Assembly (NCBI RefSeq): GCF_006345805.1
Contig: NC_043006.1
Coordinates: forward strand, 93,372,001 to 93,436,000
Direction: 5' to 3'
Length of the DNA: 64,000 bases
From: Octopus sinensis
Lineage: Eukaryota
Shown here: piece by piece, positions 1 through 12,002 of the stretch
Layout of the letters: each line of letters begins with the position of its first letter
How positions within the stretch are numbered: the stretch's first letter is position 1
Program-made: the position numbers and the translations under genes
The notes under the pieces: generated by a model
Databases searched by the model: none
What the model was told of the DNA's origin: nothing
What the model saw: the letters and a program-made list of their open reading frames with translations, nothing else

Positions 1-1119
1 TAGATTTCCGAATGAAAATATCTAGTTCGCTATCTAGCACGGGTAATTTCAACTAAAGTAGCTTCTAAGCCAATAGATTTCAACATGGGTCCAGATTATC
101 TTTCGAGTTCTATGTTAGATTTTATTCTTCAAATTTATCTGCAATAAATTGCGAATACTTTTGAATACATAGAATATGCTATCAAGTTTTTGTTTTATAG
201 AACTCTGAATAATAAATAATTTTAAAATTATAATAGGATCTTTTCAAACATCGAACAACTATGGGAGTTCATCGAAGTAAAACGGGAATCAAAGACATTT
301 ATAAGTAAAGAATGTTTAAGAACCACCGTTCTAAGAGTTTAATTCCCGGAAGTATATTGGCGCATCTCGCAAAAATTGCCTCACAGTATTTACTGACGGA
401 ACTTTATGGTTCTAAAATGATCTGAGGTGAGCGTTGTCACAACTCGTGCTACTGTGCCTCACCTTAATTAAAAATTTACATATAGCCGCAGGTATGGATG
501 TGCACTCAAGAAGCTTTTGCCTTGAAACAACAAGGCTTTAGGTTCCATCCCACTGCGCTGCACCTCCTGCAAGTGTCCGGGTCAATTAATCACTTTTGAG
601 TGAATTTCGTTGAAGGTATGGAAGCGTGTGTCAGTGTGTGCGTGTGTAATCTCACAGCCATGATTTAGTTGATATTTTGGGGTTTTTTTAAATACTTTTT
701 TATATTTTAAGTGAGATGATGCGTTTTCTTTACATTTTATGCAACCTATTAAATTTGGGCCGAACGCACACATATACACACACAAATATACTAACACGTG
801 CACCCATACACACACGTACTCGCACACACATGCACACACGTATGCATTTATATAAAGTAAATTAATTACTGAAAAGAGAAAAGAAGGAAGTAAATATTAG
901 TTGTAGTGTTTAAATTACACGGTGATGCTACTCAGAGTTTTACGTTGGCTGCTGTTCAGCTAAGTGATTCACTATAGATGAAACGAACACATCTATGGCA
1001 TAAAATATTTATAGATATTCTGCAATTAGTTAGAAATATAATGATGGACGCATAGAATATAAAACAATTGAAATATAAATGGAAAAATTGATTAGGTATA
1101 ATATATGGAGAAAGTCTAT

Positions 1120-1238
1120 GTAATTATATATACATATATATATACATATAAATATATGTATGCATGTATGTATGTATATATATATATGTGTGTGTGTGTA
1201 TATATATATATATATACCAACATACATATGTATATGTG

Positions 1239-1320
<82 letters not shown>

Positions 1321-1325
1321 CATGT
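1120..1325. repeat. (TA)n/(TG)n/(TATG)n compound microsatellite
   Basis: Directly visible dinucleotide runs; explains the YI/IY-repeat ORFs. Confidence 0.95.
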
Positions 1326-1662
1326 ATATTTTTAAACACGTTCACACTATTGTCAGTGATTCAATGATCTTACATACCTTTTATGTTCTTTCTTTGGCGT
1401 ATTTGATCACTTTTGCGACAAATCCCACAAGAATAATTGATTGATGCATTGATACAGCAGACTAAGTAAATTTCTGACCAAGTTACAATTCTACGCCTCA
1501 TTAAATTCCAATATTATGAGAAATTTCTCATTTATGTTTCATATTCGTTGTTATAAATACTAAAGACAGTTGACAAATGAAATAAAATCAGTGATTTTAT
1601 TTTTCCCCAATGAAAGTTTTTGTATTAAGAACCAGCAATTTTGGAAAGAAATCTACTCACAA

Positions 1663-2375
1663 CCTTCTCCTTCCCCTTCTCCTTCCCTTCTTCTTCTTCT
1701 TCATCATTCTCTTCTTCCCCTTCTTCCCCTTCTTCCCCTTCTCTTCTTCTTCTTCTTCTTCTTCCCCTTCTTCTTCTTCTTCTTCTTCCCCTTCTTCCCC
1801 TTCTTCCCCTTCTCCTTCTTCTCCTTCTCCTTCCCCTTCTCCTACTTCTCCTTCTCCTTCCCCTTCTCCTTCTTCTTCTACTTCTTCTTCTTCTTCTTCC
1901 CCTTCTTCGTCTTCTTCTTCTTCCCCTTCTTCTTCCCTTCCCTTCTTCTTCTTTTCCCCTCTCTTCTTCTCATTTTTTTTTTTTTTTTTTTTTTTTTTTC
2001 TTCTTCTTCTTCTTCTTCTTCTTCTGCTTCTGCTTCTTCCCCTTCTTCGACTTCTTTTTCTTCATCTTCTCTTTCTTCCTCTTCTTCTTCCCTTTCCTTT
2101 TCTTCTCCTTCTTCTCTTTCTCCCTCCTCTTCCCTTTCTTCGTCTTCTCCTTCTTCTTCTTTTCTTCTTCTTCTTCCTCTTCTTCTTTTTCTTCCTCTTC
2201 TTCTTCTTCCACTTCTTTTCTTCTTCTTCTTCTTCTTCTTCTCCTTCTTCTCCTTCTTCTCCTTCTTCCTCTTCTTCCCTTTCTTCCTCTTCTCCTTCTT
2301 CTTCTTTTCTTCTTCTTCTTCCTCTTCTTCTTCTTCTTCTTCTCCTTCTTCTTCTTCTTCATCTTCTCCTCCTTC
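1663..2375 (+). repeat. ~710 bp polypyrimidine (CTT/CCT)n tract
   Basis: Almost purine-free plus strand, with an internal T run near 1973-1999. Confidence 0.95.
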
Positions 2376-3759
2376 AATGCCGGAGCTGAAACAGTGCCTG
2401 GTTGCTTTTCTTATTTTCTATTTCAGAGTGTTACATTTGATGTGGGTGTTTTTTGTTTTTCATTTTAACCTGTTTTTACGCCGACCAGTACTGCAAGGGA
2501 ATGGTCATTCAACCCCTTTTTTTTTTCACTCGCTTCAAAAGTTTTAAAAGAAAAAATTTTCTTTGAAATCAATTCAGAATTTTCCGAGTCCAAGACTTTT
2601 GACTTCGAAGGACGGTCAGCAAATGAGAGAAATTGGTTTTCAAAGTGAAACGGTTCTTTGTTGTCTACACCCCCCCATCATACAACACCTCAGTCGTATT
2701 AATCACCAGCAATAGTAACAGCAACAACATCCACCACATCGGCCATATCTTCAACTACAGCAGCTACAGCGACGATGTTTCGAACAGAATGGCAGTTACC
2801 CGAACTAAATCTACCGCTATCGACCACAAAACAATTAGCAGAAGAACGGAATTCATTAAGACCACTAATAATCCGGTTGCAACAAACTGTGTCAGCAGCA
2901 ACAGCTGCCGTCCAAGAATTTGGACCTGGAGATCTCCATTTCCAGCGACTTCGAGGACCACCTCCCAGTGGTGTCGGGCGTCAACGAATAGCCCTCGACT
3001 ACAACAAGACGACCAACATTTTTTTTGAAGGTCTGGGGTCTCCCACCTCTAAGCCCTAGACCATCACCTAATCACCCTTACTCGTCTTGTTGCTTAACAA
3101 CAACAATCAGCAGCAACAGCTGAACCACTGCAACCACACCAGTGATAAGTAATGGAAGCAGCAACAAGAAAAGAAACAGCCGTAAGAGCAGCGAAAAAGT
3201 GGTGCAAACTCATTCCTTTTACTGGTCTTTCGATTTCATTGGTTAAAAAGCATCAGGGATTAGAAAAAGTAGAGTGTTACCTAATCAAACGTTGAGGATA
3301 AGTGACTTAGAAACTATCACAGATCCTAGAGCGGATAGACAGCTTAACGGTGGCATACAAGTGTATATCCTGGAGCTGTATAGGTTGGAGCAAGTCTTTC
3401 ATGAACAGGCTGAACTGCGCTTGAAAAGCATCGAGACAGAATTTGAAACCCCTGAATACAATAGAGTGCGTGATTTATAGTGATCTCTCCGTGTATGCCG
3501 CATTTCTTCAGGGTTCTTTAAAATACCAACTATAGGTTTCTATGAATAGTGCGTACTTGGTTTCTATTCGGAATTTGAAGCTGATTTGAAATGTTTATCT
3601 TGACCAGGTTTGCGGTATTGTTATCCATCCATGTATGATTTCTGTGCACCAGTGACAGACATGATATTTCGAAACACTAGGGTAATGTTTTTGCAGTAAA
3701 TAAGAAACATTTTCTTTTTATTTATCAATGACAAATATTGTTTCTTCGAATGTTAGATA

Positions 3760-4350
3760 AAAACTAGATTTGTTTATCTAGACCAGAATCATTTTTATTT
3801 GATTGTAAAGGATTAAAATAACAGATTTTTGTTGGTTTGATAGTATTATTTCAAGAATCTTCGTTATCATCAACAAATCTTTACGTTGGTTTCTTCTTCC
3901 TTGGATTCCGAGTTGAGTTGATCGACATATAATCCAATTTCTTCAGAAAAGTTTGCTGCTGCTGTTAGACATATGATCGATTGATTAACTTTCTTTGCCA
4001 CCTTTTCCAGTTCCAACAAAGATGTAGAGCAGACTCTGTTGAAATGGTAATCTAGTGATTAACATTAATAACTGTCTTTTAAACTGTTCTCTCATACTTA
4101 ATAATAACCTGTGACCAACCTTGCTTCTGTTCAATCGTTGGATGTCAGATTTAATGTGGAGTTTATGATGTTTTGAGAACAGTTTCAACCATTGCAAACT
4201 TTTAATGTCTGGGCATTTTTAGGTTACACTCCACAATTACGTGACTTATCAGATACTGCTAATGTTCTAGTAAGAATAATGATGATTTTTGCCATTTAAA
4301 TAACTTTTAATTGTTTTCATCTATATCAGAATATCTATTTCGAATTCTCA
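3760..4350 (-). mobile_element. Degenerate R4/Dong-like (RLE-group) LINE fragment, RT thumb region
   Basis: Minus translations KSYLNGKN and KLFSKHHKLHIKSDIQRL resemble the KSxLNGKN...HxKSDxxRLY thumb motifs also seen at 20400-20600. Confidence 0.5.
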
Positions 4351-6127
4351 TAAGTTAGAGATTCACCCAGAAGTGACAGCTGGCTTGGCACAGAACCATT
4401 GAAGGTCTATACAATTTGATTTCATTGTGATATATGAGTGGTCAACTGTTGTATCAGTTCTAAAGGGTTCCTCATCACCTGTTCCACTTGCTATTCTCCT
4501 ACCTTCAATTGTTCGATTCTTGTACGTTTCCCGTAATAAAAGACATTGTGCAAAATAAGATATCATATAAAAGCAAAATGATTTCCCTCTACTCAAAGAA
4601 TTACAAAAGCTCTCACACTAATTACTCTTTGCTGAATATATGTTATCAGGAACGAAAAGGTTATACGTTATACAGAACCATAAAATAGCTATTTTTAATT
4701 AGACACCTAATTAAATAGTAAAGAGTAGGACCAGGTGCATATCTCCTTCAAATATTCTAAAGACACAAAACTTAAGCTTACAAACATTCATTCTAGAAGC
4801 TACTTGTCTATTTTACTTGTCAATAAATTATTAGCAGACAAGTGACAGGCCTGTAGTTATGAGTTATCAGCCCTTTGAGAAAGGATTGTCTCACACTTGG
4901 TAAGAACCTATGGCAGTGCTCATTCAGAATTGAATAAGAAGACACTGTGATATTTTTTCAGCATTCAAGCGATAACTGAAAGTTTATCTCTTGAAAAAAT
5001 GCTCTAAATAGTTTTGAATATTACAATGATCGTCAATTGTCCAATTGACAAAAAGGGATTCAGAACAAATATTAGCTGTGATACTCAGAAGGATATTTTA
5101 ACGATTAATTATTGTTGCTGTAAAGTCCTCTCAGGAGTATATTCGTTTCCAGAATTCAGTCCTCGTTAGTTTATTTTTCATCAAGTACACTTTTGACTGT
5201 TATTCCGCGTTTAGTTCGCAATATTTTGGTGGATATTATTTCCAACGCTTAGATATAAAATATTTTTTCTTCATATTATACATTATTCATATATTATATA
5301 TGGAAGATATTCCTGATCTTAAAGATCACAAGAGGTCATGTGGAGTTCGTTTTTCATTTTTTTTATATATGGAGCATTAGTAAACGTTATCTAGATCCTC
5401 TTACTTTGCATCGCTACGTAAGGTATCAATCTTATGCTTCAATGTCACCTTCTAGTATGCATTCAATAATTTATTAATAGCTAAAGAGAATGCAGGCACA
5501 GAGGAAGAAATTCAATTCCTATCGCTGGGTACTGAAGTAGTGGATTGTCAAATATCTCAATAAACTTTGCTTTCAGCATCACTTAACCTTTAACTTTCAA
5601 GTGGATCTTTTACTCACAAACGCTACATCAACTTTAACATAACCACATGCCCCTTGAGTTCCATTAGCTGAGTCATCTATTCTGCAAGCATGCTGGCACG
5701 AATTCTAAGGTTACATTCTTAACTTTTATCTCTACTAAAGCAGCACTCCTCCCCTACCCCAGCAAAGATCGTGATTGCAGCCCTTCTAAAAAATTATCCT
5801 TCAGATCTTTATTTTTCTAAGCAGTGCATTAATCAGTTATTAAAACGACACTAGATCTCTTTACATGTATCACCAATTTCCTTTTCAGATCTGTTGTGAT
5901 GCAGCTGCTGTTCAGAACACAAAATTATTTTATTAAGACAAAAAAAAAGAACATTTAAAACTTTAAAAGCAACCAAACTCTTGCAAACATCACGCAGTAA
6001 CAGCGTAAAAGTTAGAAAGAAACACGGCTAATTTTAAAACATGATTCTTTTTTACTTTTTACTTGGTCCAGTCAATGGACTTTGGGAATGATGGGTCAGC
6101 ATGTGGACAAATTTAGTCGAACGAATT

Positions 6128-6672
6128 AAGGCGGTGAGCTGACAGAAACGTTAACACGCCGGGTGAAATGCTTAGCGGTATTTCGTCTGCCGTTACGTTC
6201 TGAGTTCAAATTCCGCAGAAGTCGACTTTGCCTTTTATCCTTTCGGGGTCGATAAATTAAGTACCAGTTACCCACTGGGGTTGATATAATCGACTTAATT
6301 CGTTTGCCTGTCCTTGTTTGTTTCCTCTGTGTGTGGCCCCTTGTGGTCAGTAAAGAAATAAGAAACGTTAGCACGCAAAGGCAAAATGCTGTCTGTCCTT
6401 GTTTGTCCTCTCTGTGTTTAGCCCCTTGTAGGTAGTAAAGAAATAGGTATTTCGTATTGCCACTACGTTCTGAGTTCAAATCCCGCCGAGGTCGACTTTG
6501 CCTTTCATCCGTTCAGATTCGATTAAATAAGTACCAGTTACGCACTGGGGTTGATATAATCGACTTAATTCGTTTGCCTGTCCTTGTTTGTTCCCTCTGT
6601 GTGTGGCCCCTTGTGGTCAGTAAAGAAATAAGAAGCGTTAGCACGCAAAGGCAAAATGCTTCACGGTATTTT
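6128..6672 (+). mobile_element. Tandem array of tRNA-derived SINE units
   Basis: Head AGGCGGTGAGCTGACAGAA, B-box-like GAGTTCAAATTCC, core GCCTTTYATCCTTTCGGGGTCGATAAATTAAGTACC, tail ending TAAAGAAATA at 6360, 6445 and 6630. Confidence 0.85.
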
Positions 6673-7201
6673 AATGAAATACTAATATTTTTATTGAACT
6701 TTTTGTTTAATATTTTCTCAAGATATTTCCTTGTAAACTGTTTTTAACATTTCCTTATTATTATCAAATAATGTATATGTGTACTGTAATATTTTGTGAA
6801 AACCAGTACTTAACACTACAAAGCTTTTACAAAGCTTTACATTTTAATTTTGACAAACTTTTTCTAAAAAGGTGAAACTGGTCAAGTGAATAAATATCTT
6901 TAAAATTGCATTTTCAAACCTTCATTCATATATATTTTCACTCGTGCAGTACCTTACAACTTCACTTTGTTATATATATATATATATATGCATAATGGGA
7001 TGAATATATGTTAGTGCAAACAAATACTCACTACAAATGTGAGAGTATATAAATTGGAGCTGCAAGTTCATTATTATCGTTGTACTTTACATATTTCTGT
7101 TTATCTAGTATCAGTTGGTTAACAATAGACGTACGAATAAATTCGCAATTTCATTGGCCGCATTGACTTAGGAATTATAGGAGTTTACAACTGATAAACT
7201 G

Positions 7202-7277
7202 GAAAAATCCAGGGACTTAATTCTCCAACAAAATCTTGTTGTGCATTTTGTTGGAGAATTAAGTTCCTGGATTTTCC
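7202..7277. repeat. Near-perfect 33-bp inverted repeat with 10-nt loop
   Basis: Arm 7202-7234 is the reverse complement of 7245-7277 with one mismatch. Confidence 0.9.
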
Positions 7278-7427
7278 TGAAGAGAAAGCTGCATAATGGA
7301 CTCCTTATTCATTTGGAATTAGGGATTTTGCAGACTTCGAAACATATGTCGAAAATAAAATAAAGGAACTTTGTTAACTCTACGTTCAGCTTCATTCTTT
7401 CCTATACTTAATATATATATATGCATG

Positions 7428-7640
7428 GGACAGTGAGCTGGGAGAATTGCTAATACGCCGGATGAAGTGTGTAGCGGTATTTCGTCCATCTTTACACTCT
7501 CAGTTCAAAATCTACCGATGTCTACTTCCCCCCTTTCATCCTTTCGAGGTCGAAAAAATAATTAAATGTTGAATATTGAGGTCACTGTAATCGACTAAAC
7601 CCCTCACCCGAAATTCCTGGTTTTGTGCCAAAATTTAAAA
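7428..7640 (+). mobile_element. Diverged SINE (same head/core as 6128, different tail)
   Basis: GTGAGCTGGGAGAA...GCGGTATTTCGTC...CAGTTCAAAATC...CTTTCATCCTTTCGAGGTCGA. Confidence 0.7.
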
Positions 7641-7656
7641 CCTATGTATACATAGA

Positions 7657-7738
<82 letters not shown>

Positions 7739-8499
7739 TATATGCATATATATATAACAATTTAATAAATAAAACATATGCATACATACATATATGTACA
7801 TACCTACATCTATATGTATATATACATGCATATATGTGTAGAGGACACCACAAATAAACGTAGAACACAAGAAACGAAAACAAAACCAAACAAGGAAACG
7901 GACTGTTTTTAACAACGAAAAATCAGAGTACAAGACAAACAACACAAGGAACATTCCCCTTCTTCAGCTGCCCCTGTTTCGACTCAATGCGTGTTTCGAA
8001 GGTAAGGGCAGAACACGACCACTCCGAAGCAGTCCTTCCCGCAAAATGAATTAAATAAAATTTTTTTGTGGAGGGGTAAAAAAAAAGTGACAAGAACAGG
8101 ATGTAAAAGCAATACAAATGAAGAAAAATACAGTACAAATAAAGATAAAAACAGTAAAAGATAGGAAAAGGAAACCAACAATAAGGGATTTTTTTAGCCT
8201 AGACGGTGGAAAAATTCGTTAGAACGCATTCTGAAGATCGGCTTGCGAAGACAGAAAAAAGCTGATGTTGACTTGTTGAAAGCAGTGGGCAGAAAGAAAG
8301 TTAGTAGCCCTCCGGTCAGCGACGAGAGAGAGGTGGAGGAGGAGTGAGAGAGAGAGGAGAAGAAACCAGAAAGGGTGAAAAATAAGAAGGAGAGAGACAG
8401 GTAGAGAGGAAGACAGACAAACAGGCAGGGAGGAAAGGTCAAGTAAAGAGTTAAGAGTGCGCGTCATAATTATTGAAATTCTTTCAAGTAAGTTTTATT

Positions 8500-8570
<71 letters not shown>

Positions 8571-10313
8571 TAATGTCTCGACTATCGAGTATGTTACGTT
8601 CCAAAAAAACCCGCGAAATGTGAAAATCTGCGAAGTAGAAACAGTAATGTACAGTATTTTTTTAGATTAATTTTATAATTCGTATATATTTATTTTATTA
8701 TAAATGCAAAACAAAACCATGGAGGAATCAACGTAAGTAAACTGCGATAGTTGAAACGCAATATGGTGAGGGATTACTGTATATATACATTTATGTATAT
8801 GTATGTTTATTGCTCCCAAGATGGGATCGAACTCGTTTGAAATAATAGGATACATTGCAGAAGACATTATAAAATAGCTTAGAGGCCTTATTAAGAATCA
8901 TTGTAAAAGATAATCACAGGGATCAAGCAAATCGCTTTTAATTTAAAATTTACTAGAAATATATTATTCTGCAAATTATCCGCTCGCTGTGTGTATGTGT
9001 GTGTGAGAGAGAGAGAGAGAGAGGTTTCTAAATGCCAGAAATCTTTCAATCCCTCTCTTTAAGAAAGCCAGGAATGTATTCTCTCTTCATGAAATTCGAA
9101 TATTTATTTATAGTGTTCTACTGGTGATCTTTCAAAGCTTCACTATTGTTTACTTGAGATGTACAAATTTGTCCTCCAGACACGGCAACACACGGGTCTC
9201 AAATTCTCACTGGAATAACATTACTGTCGTATAAGGTTAGTAGTGGGTTTTTTGTTTCGAATTTTAAGTCTTTCTCAATTTTATAATTTTTTCAATAATT
9301 ATATTCGCATCTATAAAGCATCACCTCTTCCTTGAGCGCTAAAATACCTTCCTATATGAAACTGTCATATCTAATATAAATTTCATTAATTACAATTAAA
9401 ATTTAGTCAAGTTCTTACATTAGTTTTCATGTTATATGTAAATGTTGTGCCCTAAATTAAAGTTATAAATTACTTAAAACCATTATGAATGTTCTTTTTG
9501 AAATTAGAAATATTTTATATTCAAAATGTTTTTTTATAAAAATATATTCAAAATATGTCATAGAAAACATCAAAAATTTAGAAAAAGTATCAGGGTTCGC
9601 GCCCCCTCCCCGTCTTTCCCTCGTATAGAACTATTTCTATCATAAAATTCAAACGACTTGCGCATTTGAATTATGCTTTAAAAAGTGTCATTGAATGATA
9701 GGCTGACCTTTGAACCCGTCATTCATTTAACATAACGTTTATTACAATATGAATAACACATTATTCAGCTAAGAAACTGTTGTCTCACATTTATTTTACA
9801 GACAAATGTGTTTCCAATATCCTAAAGCTCATTGATGGAAAGAGAAATTAGTTTGGGGCGTGTTGATCCCAAGGGGATTTAGTGAGGAGATTTTAACAAA
9901 AAATGGCAATTATAAAAGAACCATGTTCATAGGAATTTCTGACGGTGTTCATAGCGTTTTCCTAATTAACGGATATCGAAACGACGCTCTTTCTAACATA
10001 CTTAAACCCAGGTCACATGCTGGGAATTTACACAAGCCTTTCATTTACAGCGGATAATTAATGCAATATTTGAATATTTGAATAAATTTTAAAACAAATA
10101 GTAATTCATTCGGATGCAGTGCATTAAAGGAAATAATGGATGGAAAAATAGCTTTATCAAATTTGAAATTAATGTCGCTGGATAAAAACATGTCGACATT
10201 GATATCATCTTGACGTTTACAATGTGTGCCTGCATACTTTCTCTAAATTTCATCTACAAACGATACACACACCCACACAGACAAACACACACAACAACAC
10301 GATATATGTATAT

Positions 10314-10364
<51 letters not shown>

Positions 10365-10365
<1 letters not shown>

Positions 10366-10775
10366 CTTTTATTGTTTTACTCTCTTATTTGTTTCAGTCA
10401 CTTGACTATGGCCATGCTGGAGCACCGCCTTTAATCGAACAAATCGACCCCAGGACTTATTCTTTGTAAGCCTAGTACTTATACTATCGGAATTCTTTTG
10501 CCGACCCGCTGAGTGACGGGGACATAAACACACCAGCATCGGTTGTCAAGCAATGCTAGGGTGACAAACACAAACAAACAAACAAGCACACACACACATA
10601 TATACATATATACGAGGGGTTCTTTCAGTTTCCGTCTACCAAATCCACTCACAAGGATTTGGTCGGCTCAAGGCTATGGTAGAAGACACCTGCCCAAGAT
10701 GCCACGCTGTTGGACTGAACCCGGAACCATGTGACTGGTAAGCAAACTACTTACCACACAGCCACTCCTGCGCCT
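10365..10775 (-). mobile_element. tRNA-derived SINE, second family (~410 bp)
   Basis: Minus head AGGCGCAGGAGTGGCTGTGTGGTAAG...GGTTCAGTCC, central GGGCAGGTGTCTTCTAC, internal microsatellite, tail GACTGAAACAA; homologous to 29265-29645. Confidence 0.8.
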
Positions 10776-10780
10776 ATATA

Positions 10781-10799
10781 TAGAAAGATAAATAGATTG

Positions 10800-10868
<69 letters not shown>

Positions 10869-10893
10869 GATAATAGATAGATAGATAGATATA
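10781..10893 (+). repeat. (GATA)n tract, 3' flank of Tx1 copy 1
   Basis: Direct reading. Confidence 0.95.
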
Positions 10894-11490
10894 TGTTTCT
10901 TTATTAGCCACACAGGGCTGCACACAGATAGAACAAATTACAAGGTAGAGCTTTTCTTTTGGGGTAAAAAAAAGGGAGTGGTGGTTTTCAATCAAAAGGG
11001 ATCGTAAAAGGAAAGAAAGAGACAAATAAAGGGAGGGGTTAATAAAAAAATGGTGGGGGGAGAGCAAAAAAATTGATCAATAGGGATCGTTATCACAGAA
11101 ATGTCAATATGAAGTGTAAAGGGGGAGAACAGGTGAGGTTACCCGTGGAAAGAAAAGCCTACGGAAAACCACGGTAACCTCGGTCATGAAGTCACATGTT
11201 ATATTTCTTTTTTTTTTTTTGCAAATAAGCAACTCTCTGTATTAATGTTTACGGTTCATAGAATCATAGTCAAGGTGGCTTCGTCATTCATACGTGCCAT
11301 CCTTGCTACATTCACCCATCTTTTTCTAAAACATTCACTAGACAAAACTTGCCTCTCTACTCTCACTTTCCTCTTCAAGTGATACTTGAAGAAGTTGATG
11401 AGAGATTGACCAGAGAGGAAAGTGTTTGTCTCTAATCCTTTCAGGCGCGTCCACCAGATACATTCTTTCGCCATAGCCACAAGTATGATA
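10894..11490 (-). mobile_element. Tx1-like LINE copy 1 (subfamily B), 5'-truncated, ~600 bp
   Basis: Shared 3' end, ORF2 C-terminus ...NDEATLTMIL* (stop 11256), B-type variants as in copy 4; joins GATA tract at 11490. Confidence 0.95.
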
Positions 11491-11509
11491 GATAGATAGA
11501 TAGATAGAT

Positions 11510-11564
<55 letters not shown>

Positions 11565-11574
11565 TAGATAGATG

Positions 11575-11606
<32 letters not shown>
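11491..11606 (+). repeat. (GATA)n tract between copies 1 and 2
   Basis: Direct reading. Confidence 0.95.
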
Positions 11607-12002
11607 TGTTTCTTTATTAGCCACACAGGGCTGCACACAGATAGAACAAATTACAAGGTAGAGCTTTTCTTTTGAAGTTTTAAAAAAAAAAAAAAAAAAA
11701 AAAAGGAAGGGGGAGTTTCGATCAAAAGGGATCGTAAAAGGAGAGAAAGAGGACAAAAAAAAAAAAAAAAGGGGGGGGTTAAAAAAAAAAAAAGGGGAAG
11801 AAAAAAAATTGATCAATAGGGATCGTTATCACAGAAATGTCAATATGAAGTGTAAAGGGGAGGACAGGTGAGGTTTACCCGTGGAAAGAAAAGCCTACGG
11901 AAAAGACCACGGTAACCTCGGTCAATGAAGTCACATTTATATTTCTTTTTTTTTTTTTTTTTTTTTTGCAAATAAGCAACTCTCTGTTTTCGATTTCTGG
12001 GT

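Noticed and set aside
1570-2547. 259-325 aa ORFs of poly-S/F/L
   Set aside because: Stop-free only because the strand is pure pyrimidine.
2590-3200. GC-richer, coding-looking T/S/A-rich segment
   Set aside because: Could be an old LINE ORF1 remnant, but I found no diagnostic motif or colinear match to the Tx1 ORF1s.
7940-8045. CTGAAGA and GAAAC words on the minus strand as a second hammerhead
   Set aside because: Wrong order and no consistent stems I-III.
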